A stretch of 61,567 bases of DNA, filler included, from Basidioascus undulatus (taxonomy: Eukaryota): NCBI GenBank assembly GCA_000826855.1. It is 4 parts of 4 records of this genome, joined end to end, with 100 filler letters (N's around TTAATTAATTAA, not from the genome) between each part and the next. Parts side by side here need not be neighbours in the genome. Positions count along the whole stretch, not along the records: positions 1 to 10,377 come from JTLS01001136.1; positions 10,478 to 20,838 come from JTLS01001138.1; 2 more parts are not named here. One strand, 5' to 3'. Positions 1 through 10,928 of this stretch are shown here, piece by piece. Numbering within the stretch: the first letter of the stretch is position 1; each line of letters begins with the position of its first letter. The notes beneath the pieces are model-generated. The model ran no database searches and was not told the origin of the DNA. It saw only the letters and a list, made by a program, of their open reading frames with translations. Position numbers and translations under genes: made by a program.

Positions 1-1646
1 GCGTCTTGGCGCCAGCGTCCACGAGCGCCTGCCAGTCGCCCGCGGCCTCCGCCTCCTTCTGCACGACGCTGCTCGCCGCCGCGACCCAGAACTCGACGCC
101 GAGCGCGATCTTGCGGCCGCGGACGACATCTGCCGCGGCCTTCAGGTCGGACGCGCGCGAGTTGGTGCACGAGACGAGGTACGCTTTCTGGATGGGCACG
201 CGCTGCGCGGTGAGGCGCGGGAGCGGCGTCGAGACCTTGACGCTGTTCGGGCCCGACACGTGCGGGACGAGGGTGGAGAGGTCGAGGGTGAGGTGGGCCG
301 CGTATGCGGCGTCCGGGTCTGCAGTGAGGACGGACGAGCGGAGCGCGTTGATGCGCTCCTCGCTGATGCGTGGGTGGGGCTTGCCCGGCTCCGCGCCGGC
401 CAAGGGCGCTTGCTCGGAGAATGCGCGCAGCGCGTGCCGCTGCACCGCCCGGTCGTACCACGAGAGGAGGACCTCGTCGACGGGGAAGACGCCCGCGAGC
501 GCGCCCCACTCGGTCGTCATGTTTGCGATCGCGAGGCGCTCGTCGACGGAGAGGAGCGGCACGCCAGAGCCCGTGAACTCGATCACAGCGTTTAGGACCT
601 CGTCCTTGTTGAAGTTGCCGCAGAGCGCGACAATCACGTCCTTGCCCGTCACGCCCGGCACGAGCTCGCCCTTGAGCTCGACCTTCACCACCCGCGGGAC
701 CTGCCACCACGTCCGCTCCGTCGCCCACAGCGCAGCCGCATCCGTCCGGACTGTAACCCCGCGCCTTCAGTTGTCCGCCTTTGTATCTCCTACTATGAGG
801 AATAACGCACCGATAGGGGTACCCACACAGCCAACGCCGCCATACATGTTCGAGTGGCTGTCGGACGCAACCACGAGCGTCTGCGGGAACGCGTAGCCCT
901 CCTCGATCATGATCTGGTGGCCGATACCGCGGCCGGCGGGGTAGAAGTCGACGCCGTGCTGCTTGCCGAACGCCTCGATGGAAGCGTACTTGGCGAGGTT
1001 CTTGTCCTGTTGGTTGGTCCCCATGTCAGCATAAGATCTCGCCACAGGACAAGCGAGGAGCAACTTGCCGACTTGTTTTGGACGTCATGGTCGAGGGTGT
1101 AAACAGGCTGGCGAGGGTTGGATATCCGCGAGGCACCGATGTCCTTGAACCTGCGGTGAAAAGCGAAGGTCAGCACTCGGCGAACAGCGTCTCAACGTCC
1201 GCCTGCCCGTCCCCGCCCTGCATCTCCCAGCCAGGCGCAAACGACGCTCCCACCCGCACCTGACCAGAACTTCCATTACTCACTTGGAAATTACAGGTCC
1301 GGTCTACAGTCACGGTGAGAGAGACGTTAGTTCCCAGCACGAGCCTCCAGCTCCTCTCGAGCTCGAGCAGACTGACATTGTCGTGAGTCATGACATGTTG
1401 GGGTCGGATCATGACATACTGCATGTCCCCCCGGAAATCAGCTCAAACTCCCCATCGCCACCGCCCCTTCGCAAGACGCACATCTCCCGAGCGGACGGTC
1501 TGCCCCGGCGCGAGCCCGACAGCGTGCTTCTGCACGATCTTCTCGATGAACGTCTGGCGGCCCGAGCTCGCTTCGGACGTAAGCGTCGCCAGAGTGCGCA
1601 GACGGGCGCACGCGCGCAGGCCTGGTCGAGCGAAAGAGCGGAACAT
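1..1646 (-). CDS. LYS4: Homoaconitase, mitochondrial (multi-exon; 3' end runs off the window)
   Basis: ATG at 1646. Spliced product: MFRSFARPG... (presequence-like), [119 protein letters not shown]. These are aconitase-family motifs of the LYS4 type. Confidence 0.95.
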
Positions 1647-2052
1647 GATGAGGAATGCCGGGGGCGAGGAGGAGGTCAAGGGTAAGGAGGAAGACGCGCT
1701 CGTGAGCCCGGTCGTTGCCGCCCAAAATCTCGGAGCCCGACAGGCGACAGCTAACTGGTCCGAACACAGCCAATCTGCGAGTACACATTCGCCACTCGCA
1801 TTCTGCATATTGTAAGCAGATTTAAACAGATATTATTCTTCAATGGAAAGTATATGCAGAATAGCTGTTTCGATTCAATTAAGTAGCAGCATCTAAATGG
1901 CGATTCGAGTGTGGAATCTCTCACGTGAAGGGAGGCGGCAACCTCAAAAGGAACGCTGCAGCCTGATTCAACCATTCCCTCACCCACTTCGGCCACCTCT
2001 TGGTGACTTGTCTACATCACCGTCCATTATCTCTTGAACGTTATATTTCACG

Positions 2053-3697
2053 ATGCAGGGTGAGTATGCTATATCTTGAGGTGACAAGGCCGAGTATTGA
2101 CGGCTGATTCGCAGGCTTCAACCGCTACTACCCCCCCGATTATGATCCCAAGAAACACCAGACGTATGTTCATCCAGCAGCCGAGCACTCCTCACACATG
2201 CTCACCATGTCCGGTCTATATCAGCCTCAACGATTACCACGGCAAGCATGCGTGGGTGCGCCTTCCAGTATAACTGCTGAAGAAGGTCTGACCCTCGCCG
2301 TGGGACACGCTCAGCTTGGGCGACCGAGCGCGGAAGATTGACAAGGGCATCTTGATTGTTCGCTTTGAGCTTCCGTTCAATATCTGGTGCGCGCCTCGCT
2401 TCGATACGTGAGACTGGGTGTTTCGTGCTGAGACGGGAGCGCCACTGGGTAGGTGCGGTACCTGCAACGCCCACATTGGCCAGGGCGTGCGCTATAACGC
2501 GGAGAAGCGTAAGGTTGGGAACTACTACTCGGTGCGTTGTCTTTCTCCAGGAAGGTGTGTTGTAGAAGCTCATGCGTGGCGGAACGGGGAACAGACGCCG
2601 ATATGGGCTTTCAGGTGCAAGTGCCACCTCTGCTCGGGCTGGTTCGAGATCCAGACGGACCCGAAGGTACATTCGGAATCCTGAGAGGCTGTAGGGAAGC
2701 GGTTTACTGAGATAAATGACGCTTATCAGAACACGCGCTATGTGGTGACGGAGGGCGCGAAGCGGAAGGAGGAGGACTGGGACCCGGAGGAGAACGGTGG
2801 GATGGGTGTATTCGGTGAGTCGCGTCCTCGTTCCCCGCGCTTCATAACCCATCCGCTCACGCCGTTCCCCCAGAAACCGATCCGTCCAAAGCCGCTCCTG
2901 TCGACCCCTTCGCCGCGGTGGAGAAAACGACGACCGCGCAGACCGTCGCGCGGACCATCACAGTCCCGCGTCTGACGCAGCTGCAGGACGCCTCCGAATC
3001 GACGTGGGCGGACCCGTTCTCGCACAATCAGCGGCTGCGCGCGCGCCTGCGGGCGGAGAAGAAGAAGGCGAAGGCCCTCGACGACGCGGACGACGACGTG
3101 CGCCGCAAGTACGGCCTTGCGGAGGACGTGAAGCTCGTGCGGGAGGGGGAGGACGGGTGGGAGGAGGTGCGGAGAGCGGTGGAGGGGTGGAATCGGAAGA
3201 GGGAGGAGGGCGAGGAGAGGGAGCGCGGGAAGCGGAGGAGGCTGGAGGCGGAGCTAGGCGTCGGCGGCCCCCCGCGGTCAGCTGCGGCCTCGACATCCTC
3301 CTCTCGCACAGGGTCCATGTCGGCACATACGACCAAGCCCCTCTCCGCCCGACGAGCGATCATCGCACCCTCTACGCGCACCCCAAAACCAGCAGCAGCA
3401 GCGACGGTGAAGCGGCAACCGCCGTCGCAGCTCGCCTCCCTCCAATCGTCTATCCTCCTTAACACCGCCCGCCGCTCTGACCCCTTCCTCGCTTCTAACG
3501 CGCTGGGCGGGCGGAGATTTTCCGGTGCAAGCTCGTCTAGCGCGGCGGGGATGCCGGCTGCTATGCGGTTGAAAGGCGGCAGCGGCGGCGGCGGTGGCGG
3601 CGGTGGGGACGGTGGCAGAGGGGGTGGTTCGAAGAAGGGGTGCAGTGGAGGAGGGGCGGGACCGGGGCTTGTAGCGGATGGGTATGGAAGCGATTGA
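2053..3697 (+). CDS. CCDC130: CCDC130/YJU2-family (CWC16-like) splicing factor, multi-exon, divergent from LYS4
   Basis: Spliced MQGFNRYYPPDYDPKKH..LNDYHGKHALGDRARKIDKGILIVRFELPFNIWCGTCNAHIGQGVRYNAEKRKVGNYYSTPIWAFRCKCHLCSGWFEIQTDPKNTRYVVTEGAKRK, with two CxxC pairs and GT-AG introns. Confidence 0.93.
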
Positions 3698-4467
3698 CGA
3701 GCATCTTGACTTGACTCTTCCTTCTGGTTTTCCCTTTTTCCATTGTTGGCGGGTTTCGGACTACACAACTACCGCGTGTTACTCAGTGGTGCGTGTCGTC
3801 CGCTTTCAATACGAAGGTGCTGAACAATAGTCAAACTCAACATTACAGAGGCTCTCTTCTCACAACAAACAATTTGGAATGTGGGTCGGGCACGTCCTCT
3901 TCGTTGGCAGGTCCAGAAAGCAATCGCTTTGAGGGCACGGCAGCAGATACAGCGCATCTACGGGAGCTTACTTTCTCTTACAACAGGGCCAGGCACCGAG
4001 AACAATTGAATAATGAATCGTTCGCGGCGCGGGGCGCGAGATGAAACGGATGCCGTTTGTTTGGTCGCGACGCCAGGGCTGATCGAATTCCCCATGTCCT
4101 GGGCTCGACGTCCTTCGCCTCCGACCATCTTCATCTGCGCTTACTCCTCTCCCTTCGCTCTTTGCCTTTGAAATTTTACCGTACCTTCAACCTTCACTTC
4201 GCTCTGAGAGTGCCATTCGCTGTGAGTTCTGGCATCATACAGCGCAGTGGGAGTCCAGCGTTGACCAGGACGCTGGATGGATGGATGGATGGGTGGATAT
4301 GGACGCAGTCTTCCTCGAGCCAGACTCGCCCTTCCCTCTTTTCTTACCGGCCGCACACCCCCCGTGCTCGACGCACACACCGCCCCTTTCAACGCTCGAC
4401 TCGACGCCGACAACCTTGAACCTCTTTCTCGACTTCCACTTTCACTTTGAAACGCGACGCAACGACC

Positions 4468-5682
4468 ATGTCTCTCGCCCGCCTGCTCTCGGTCCTCCTC
4501 CTCGTTCCGCTTGCCGCCGTAAATCCTCAAATCTAGTGATCTGAGGGTAAAAGCTGAGATGGGATGTACGGTCTGGGCAGCACGCCTCGTCCGACCCGTC
4601 CCCCAAGGGTGTCGTCCTTCCGCGCCAGAGTTTCTCCGACCTCCCCCTTGCCGGGGCGATCTTTGAGGCACGGCAGGAAGGCGGCGTTGACGCGGTGGGA
4701 AACAGTGCGCGTTTCGAGAACTCTGCTTCCCGAAGATGGCGCTCATTCGCATTCCGCCTGTAGACAACCGCCAGAACGGCGGTGGCGGTGCTGGCAGTGC
4801 GACCGGCGACCCGCAGACGTCGCTCAGTGATATCAGTTTCTTCGCTCGAAATTTGAAAACGGAATCTGATCCTTACTACCCATCTACTAGCTCTCGACCC
4901 CTCCGTCATCGCGCCCGGCTTCGCTCTCACTGGACAGGAAGGCGGGGGTGACCCCGGCCAAGTCGCCTCCTTGACGTCTACCGTGCGTATTTCCGCTCTT
5001 GATCAACCCCCGAGCCCTTCTGACATGTGTAATATTTCAGACCAACTTCATAGTATGTACCGCTGATCCCGAGTCTGGAATGTTCGCGTTTGGATCGCTT
5101 AGATGGCGAGGAATCTGAGAACTTCTGCTTCCGCAAGACGATCACCAACGGACAGCAGGTCAAGGCAAGCAACGTTAGTGTCTGTTTCTCTTATTACTTG
5201 AGATGTTGCTGAAAGTACCTAGTGTTCGCACAGTCGGGTTCTTGCAACCCTGCCCCGATCGGCGAGATTCCGCCCATCGACAAGATGCCCAGCTGCAAGT
5301 TCACGGACGTAAGCTGAACGCTCCCAGGATTCTCAAGCTCTACACTCTTCACTCTCCCATGTTGTGCGCTGACAGCGTCGGTCTTCTCTGCCGCGCTCTT
5401 TCCAGGAACTTTCGACATCATCGAGCCCTTTCCGTGAGCCTGTTGAACTTCCGTTCAACCCAGGCTCGGCTTACCAATCACGGGTTCTGAAAGCACCTTC
5501 ACGGCGAAGTTGGCGTTCAAGAATCTCCGGACTGGGAACTTCGTCAAGTAGCTCGAAGGCTTCCGTAGTTGAGGGGGTGCTGGTCCACCACCGCAGTGCG
5601 CTGACTTTCTTCCTTCAACAGCCCCAACGTGAATTCCTTCGCAAACCCACAGCGCTTCGACGACTCAGGGGAAATTATAGGG
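4468..5682 (+). pseudogene. Conserved fungal secreted protein (family often mislabelled ribosomal protein S17-like); C-terminal exons not found
   Basis: Signal peptide MSLARLLSVLLLVPLAA. Exons give GDPQTSLTLDPSVIAPGF..GQ..PGQVASLTSTTNFINFC..TITNGQQVKSGSCNPAPIGEIP..KMPSCKF, FTAKLAFKNLRTGNFVN, PQRFDDSGEIIG. A donor follows at ~5682, but no downstream HxH-containing exon is visible before the opposite-strand gene. Confidence 0.65.
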
Positions 5683-5731
5683 TATGACTTTCAGCTCGAC
5701 TGGAGCCGAGAAACTTGAACCCATAACGAAC

Positions 5732-7680
5732 CTGCCAGGGTCAAAGATGAGGAGGTTGGTGTCGCCCATGCTGTTAATCTCATACCTGCGAAGCATTCAT
5801 AGTAAACGCCCGCGATTCCAAGTTGTGGAAAAGAAAGACACATCCGACAACCGTGCGGGAATCTAGGGCGTGGAAATGGTCAGTCAGCGGGCGCAGACGA
5901 GTAGACAAAAGATGAGAACGCACGGCCTTGATGCTGTATCAGAAGCGACATCTTGTTCGAGAGACGCACGGAAGATCCGGCACTCTTCTTGAGCACGTCG
6001 AACGCGTACCGCGTCCGAGCAGTTCTCCTTGAAATATTACTTGATCCACTGGTTCTGGCTGTGTTCAACTGCGCGAAGCACCGATAGTAACAGAGGTGAA
6101 AGACTGACTTTTATCACCGCGGTATGATGGCATTTCGCGCCCGAGGCTTTCGGAAACTCTGCGACTTCGGTCCTAATGGCCGACGGATTCCGGGCTTGGT
6201 GAAGAAGTAGTAGTAATCGGGCGTCCCGATCCAGCGACGCCCGCCCTTCAGTTTCCCGCCGAAGAAAGCGCTGCCCTCCGGGTCGTAGCCCCTCTTCTAC
6301 GCCGCCAATCGATCGTCTCCTGGATGCGCTGGATGGTCGGCTGCTCGGACGAGAGGAGCGGGAGGGACGCGTATGCGGGATGCGAGCGCAGCGCGGAGAG
6401 CATCATCTGCACGTTGCGGTAGCCACAGCCCCACCCACTGTCGACTGAAGATTAGAAATCAGCCGGGTGTCGATTTTCAAGTCAAATGTGGGACGAACCC
6501 TTCTCGCTGGGGACGTGCATCACCGAGGGCCTGCACAGGACTGCCCACTGCGTGATGCCGCGAGCGTGCGTGGACTTAAGAGTGGAGAGGAGGTGCGGGA
6601 TCAAGTCTATGAGAACAATCGATCAGAGTACGCTCAAATGGGAGGTGGTGGATCACTCCCTCGACAGACCTTGCGTGACGTTGAACGGCATGTCCGACCA
6701 CTTGAAGACCTGCTTCGCGATGTTCCCGCTCGAGTTCCAGCCGCCCACCTTGTTCCATCCTCCGGGCTTCTTGCCCCTGCTTCCATGTCCTTCGCCGGTC
6801 GTCTGCCCGGCTCCAGGGAACTTGCGCTTCCCGGAAGCGTCCGCCACGTCCCCGCCGGTCACCTCGCGCTGCGCCTCCGTCGACACAACACACGCCTCGA
6901 AGTCGAGGAACCCGGGGACCCCGGCTTGCTCTCCAGGCTCCTCGTCGGCGAGCAGAAACCGCTCAGGATGCAGCGGGATCGACCCGTGCTGCGAAGGGCC
7001 GGACGACGCGGCGGGGCCAGACGAAGAGTCCCCAATGACGAAGAGTCATCTTTTGAGTAGAGTCATCAGTAAATGCAGCAGATCTCTGCCACGAGGCATG
7101 CAAAATACTTGCCGAAATGGCTCGAGACGTGGGTCTGTCTCGCGAAGTCCGAGAGCGAGGCGAGAGGTTCGAAGCAGACGCGGCAGAGAGAGGCGTCATC
7201 TTCGCTAGAGGTGATCGACAGCATGTCATCCAAAGAATGCCAATCAGTAAGCGCATGCGCTTCCGGTGGCACAAGTGTCAATCGCGAGGATTGCACGGTC
7301 GAGTAACGGACCTCGGTGCAGACGGAGCGACAGCTGCAGGCTCGTCGAAGTGAGCATTGACGCGACTGTCATATAGAGCGATTGGAGTGTGAGCTATATC
7401 CTGACATGGCCTCTGATGGTCCTTGGAGATGAGCGAAGGGGAAGAGGTTGCAGACGAGTCGTTGAATTCAGGTCCCAGAGGCACGCCAAGATCCCGCACC
7501 AGGCTCCGGAGGGAACCCAGTGGAATGACGACAAAAGAACAAGACAGCGACTTCATGTGAAAGAATTTCTAGATCTGCCTCTCCCATGTTACACAAGAAG
7601 GCGGAAACATACAAGTTGAACGCAGCATCGTCCGCATCCACTCCCGCGCCGCAGACCGGGCACTTCTGAGTGTGACCCAT
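5732..7680 (-). pseudogene. ZUP1/Mug105-like peptidase C78 deubiquitinase with two N-terminal UBZ-like zinc fingers; disabled
   Basis: CPVC...NAHF and CRVC...THVSSHF fingers; catalytic DSGWGCGYRNVQMMLS (Cys codon 6425-6427); GYDPEG..WIGT; QHQG/HSRTVVG; LLIFDPG. There is a frameshift at ~6306, a TAG at the conserved Trp (6297-6299) and no recognisable 3' exon. Confidence 0.85.
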
Positions 7681-8824
7681 GGCTGGCGGGTGACTCGATG
7701 AACGAGTAAGAAATGAGATAAATACAGCGCGTTCGGAAAAGACAAAAGAGAGGGTATTGAGGCTGAGCGGGGTGGTGAAGGGACGGCAACAAGGTCGAGA
7801 GGCATGGAGGCTCGGTGGGAGCGCGCGTCAAGTGATCTAACCGGCGACAAACAAAACCACACTCACTCGCGACCCTCCAAAAGCTTTCTTCCCTGTATAT
7901 ACAGTGTCAGGCGCCGACGTGGGTGCTCGGCTATCGACGGTGGTCGAATCGTTTCGGACTGACTTGGACTACTGACCCCACACTGGCGTCGCAGTTGGGA
8001 TCGGAAAATCTCGGACGAACCAGCGGAGCACGCCGACAACACAAAAGAGCCCTCACTTCTGTTCTGCCATCGTAGAGATAGCTTGTATTGAGCCATTGAA
8101 CCCATTATTGGACTCACAGAATTGGCTGGTGCTACCTGTGATGGACGGCGTCTTCATCCTCCATGATCGCCTCGCAGAAGACGCTCAGCACAGCACAGGG
8201 GTCGGCGGGAGATCAGCAGACCAAAGCAGACACTCCGAAGATGTACCTCCGCCGATCGGGCCTTTAAATTGGTTATTTTGATCGTTTTATTTGTTGGTTT
8301 ATGCCGGGAGATGCTACCTTGCAGGTGGTGGAGATGAAAGAAGCGCCTAGATCGCCTGCAGACAGTACGGCTGTTGCGCAGTCAAGGACCCAAGGTGGAA
8401 TGCGGAGCTGCATCTGAAAAACAACGCTGATCTGTTGCCAGACTGCCAGGCGGCTGCTCTGGAGTAACGCGTCCACCGTGCTGCCACGAGCGAATGCGAA
8501 ATCAAGCTCGACACTGAGACGCTAGCGCCCGTCTACTGGCATCATCCGCTCGCCACCGCAGCTACCGGAGCTGATCGAATGCTTCCCTGGCCTCGATCGC
8601 GCCCGTGCCGCTCCTCTATCCCTCATGCCAGCGGTTACGCGTGGACCGGGGGGCTACAGCGGAGCGGAACGGGGCTGAGGAAGCGGGCTATAGACGTGAG
8701 ATCTAAGGAGCACGGACGCCCTTTCCTTTCTCCCTACGCGTTCCTTCTCTCATACCTCTCTGAATACCCTCGTCCTTCTGACCATTTTTATCCTCAACTG
8801 CTATAACGACCCTCTGAAACGATT

Positions 8825-10377
8825 ATGAAGCACTCTATCTCTATTTTGGCCGCAATTGCAGCGCTCCCCGCGGCGCTCGCAGCACCCCTGACCAACTCGA
8901 AGCGCCAGCTGGGAAGCGTTATCCGGGGCGTGAACATCGGTGGATGGCTCCTGATGGAGTAAGTCTTACGTGTAGTCGCTTGAGAACTGAATGCAGCGTG
9001 CTTACCTACGGCATGCTTGTCGCGCAGGCCTTGGATCACACCCTCTGTTGGTTACCGCGCTGCTCGGAAATCGCCTGTAAAGGGCGGGGTACTGAACGAA
9101 CTGTTCCTGCCCTCAGATCTTCGACGCGACTGGAAACGACGCGATTGTCGACGAGTGGACGTTCGGTCAGTATCAGGATCACGCTACTGCCGAGGTGCGT
9201 CTACGTGACCATGACTTTCTGAAGGCAACGCGCTGATAACCGGCACCGCTTCAGGCTGCGATCAATAACCACCTTTACTCATGTAAGCTGACCCCTGCTC
9301 ACTATAAAAACTATTCTTGTCGGACTCCTTTGTGGTGCAGTCTACAGCATCGGTGACTTTCACGCTATTAAGGCCGCGGGCCTCACTCACGTCCGCAGTA
9401 AGCACTTGGGACCGTTCTTGCCTTCTCGTTGCACGTAAACTGAACCTGGTTTCAATAGTTCCATTCCCGTATTGTGCGTCCAAGGAATTTATAGGGCTTG
9501 ATCATTGCCTTATCTGAGGTTTTTGCTCGTAACAGGGGGACTGGACACGTCCGACGGTACCCCTTACATCGGCGCCGACCGATACAGCCGTTTAAAGGAC
9601 GCGGTTGGTTGGGCTCGGGATGTACGCTGGTCTTTCCTTTTTCGAAAAAAGTCTAGCAACTGGCATTGAGCGTATATCTTCCAGGTTGGCCTCAAAGTTT
9701 GGGTTGATCTTCATGGCGTTCCGGGCTCGCAAAACGGCTTTGACAACAGGTGGGTGTCTTTGTGTCAAACTTCCATTGCAAACTAGCTGTATACAACCCC
9801 CGTTTAGTGGACGTCGTGGCGTAAGCTGGGGCTTCTTCGCAGACCTCATACTCGGGCAATGTGCTGAAACCTCGGCCGGACTGGCTGCAGGACGCGACTT
9901 GGTTCCAGCAACAATCCAACATCGAGCGGTCTTACAACTACATCAACATCTTGGCCAACGAGTTTTCTAACGTATATGATTCATTCTTTTGCTTCAATCC
10001 TAAATTTGCTGAATAACACCCCTTCGTCAGCCGGTTTACGGCGGGGCTGTCGAGTGTATGTCGATGCGTCTACCCAGACCCGTGAAGCGCTGGCGCATGC
10101 TGATTTCGCGCTCCCTCATAGCTATCGAGCTCGTGAATGAGCCTGCAGGGTTTCTGAATTCCCAGAACGACCCTGTCACCCGGGATTACTATCAGAACGG
10201 CTACAACGTGAGCGCCAAATATTGTCTGAGCTGTGCTTGGTGCTGAGTGCACTGCTCTCATGGACAGGTGATTGGCGGCCGGTTTGGAGTTGTGATTGCC
10301 GACTTGTTCGAGCCGGTCAGCAGCTTCAACGGCTTCATGACCGCGCCGCAGTACGAGAACGTCTACCTCGACGCGCA
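8825..10377 (+). CDS. Glycoside hydrolase family 5 exo-beta-1,3-glucanase-like, secreted; truncated by the contig end
   Basis: Signal peptide plus [71 protein letters not shown] (acid/base Glu). The exons checked splice in frame. Confidence 0.92.
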
Positions 10378-10477
10378 NNNNNNNNNNNNNNNNNNNNNNN
10401 NNNNNNNNNNNNNNNNNNNNNTTAATTAATTAANNNNNNNNNNNNNNNNNNNNNNNNNNNNNNNNNNNNNNNNNNNN
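10378..10477. other. Artificial contig-joining spacer (N44-TTAATTAATTAA-N44)
   Basis: Exactly 100 nt with a central palindrome that gives TAA stops in all six frames; identical copies at 20839 and 31291. Confidence 0.97.
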
Positions 10478-10585
10478 CGCCTCCCCAAATCGACGCACAC
10501 CCTGCCCGACCTCAGCCGGGACATCTTCGGGCGCGGGGGCGGCCGCGGTGGGTTTGGCGGTGGCCGTGGACGGGGCGGGTACTAG
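10478..10585 (+). CDS. 3' end of a gene with an RGG-rich C-terminus (possibly RNA-binding)
   Basis: RLPKSTHTLPDLSRDIFGRGGGRGGFGGGRGRGGY* followed by a U-rich 3'UTR-like tract. Confidence 0.5.
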   Translation, partial: RLPKSTHTLPDLSRDIFGRGGGRGGFGGGRGRGGY

Positions 10586-10928
10586 GCGCGTATGGGCGCG
10601 GATGGGTTTCCAGGGCTTGACGGTGTCTTCTTCGTTGTATTCTTTTTTCTGAGCTTCATTTTCACTTTTTGTCTTTGACGTTTGTCGAAGTAGTCCTGTT
10701 GCCGGCGATGGTGCATGGTGCCTCTCGGTCCCTGGTGGCTCGTTCTACGTACACTTTGCGTGATGAAGCAGATTTAACAGAATAGGAATCAGTTGAACCT
10801 AATTATTTCAAGCCGGCACAGTCGAGGAACGTAAAGTTCCTTTCTGCATGCCACCACACATCGCCACATCTTAACTTCGCTTTTCTGCAACTTTTTCTAA
10901 CTCTCTTTGGCGATTTTTCGGTGAAATC

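Noticed and set aside
6..896. 296-aa + strand ORF
   Set aside because: Antisense shadow of the GC3-rich LYS4 exon.
5434..5492. Intron that also looks like an intron on the opposite strand
   Set aside because: Donor GTGAGC and branch GCTCAC are reverse complements, so the symmetry is expected, and no convincing antisense exons flank it.
6297..6299. TAG at a conserved Trp as a possible A-to-I editing-rescued stop
   Set aside because: An adjacent frameshift and missing 3' exons cannot be fixed by editing, and such editing is known from filamentous ascomycetes.
10422..10433. Repeated TTAATTAATTAA palindromes at ~10.4-kb spacing as a biological repeat or piggyBac site
   Set aside because: Always centred in N runs; this is a synthetic six-frame-stop linker.
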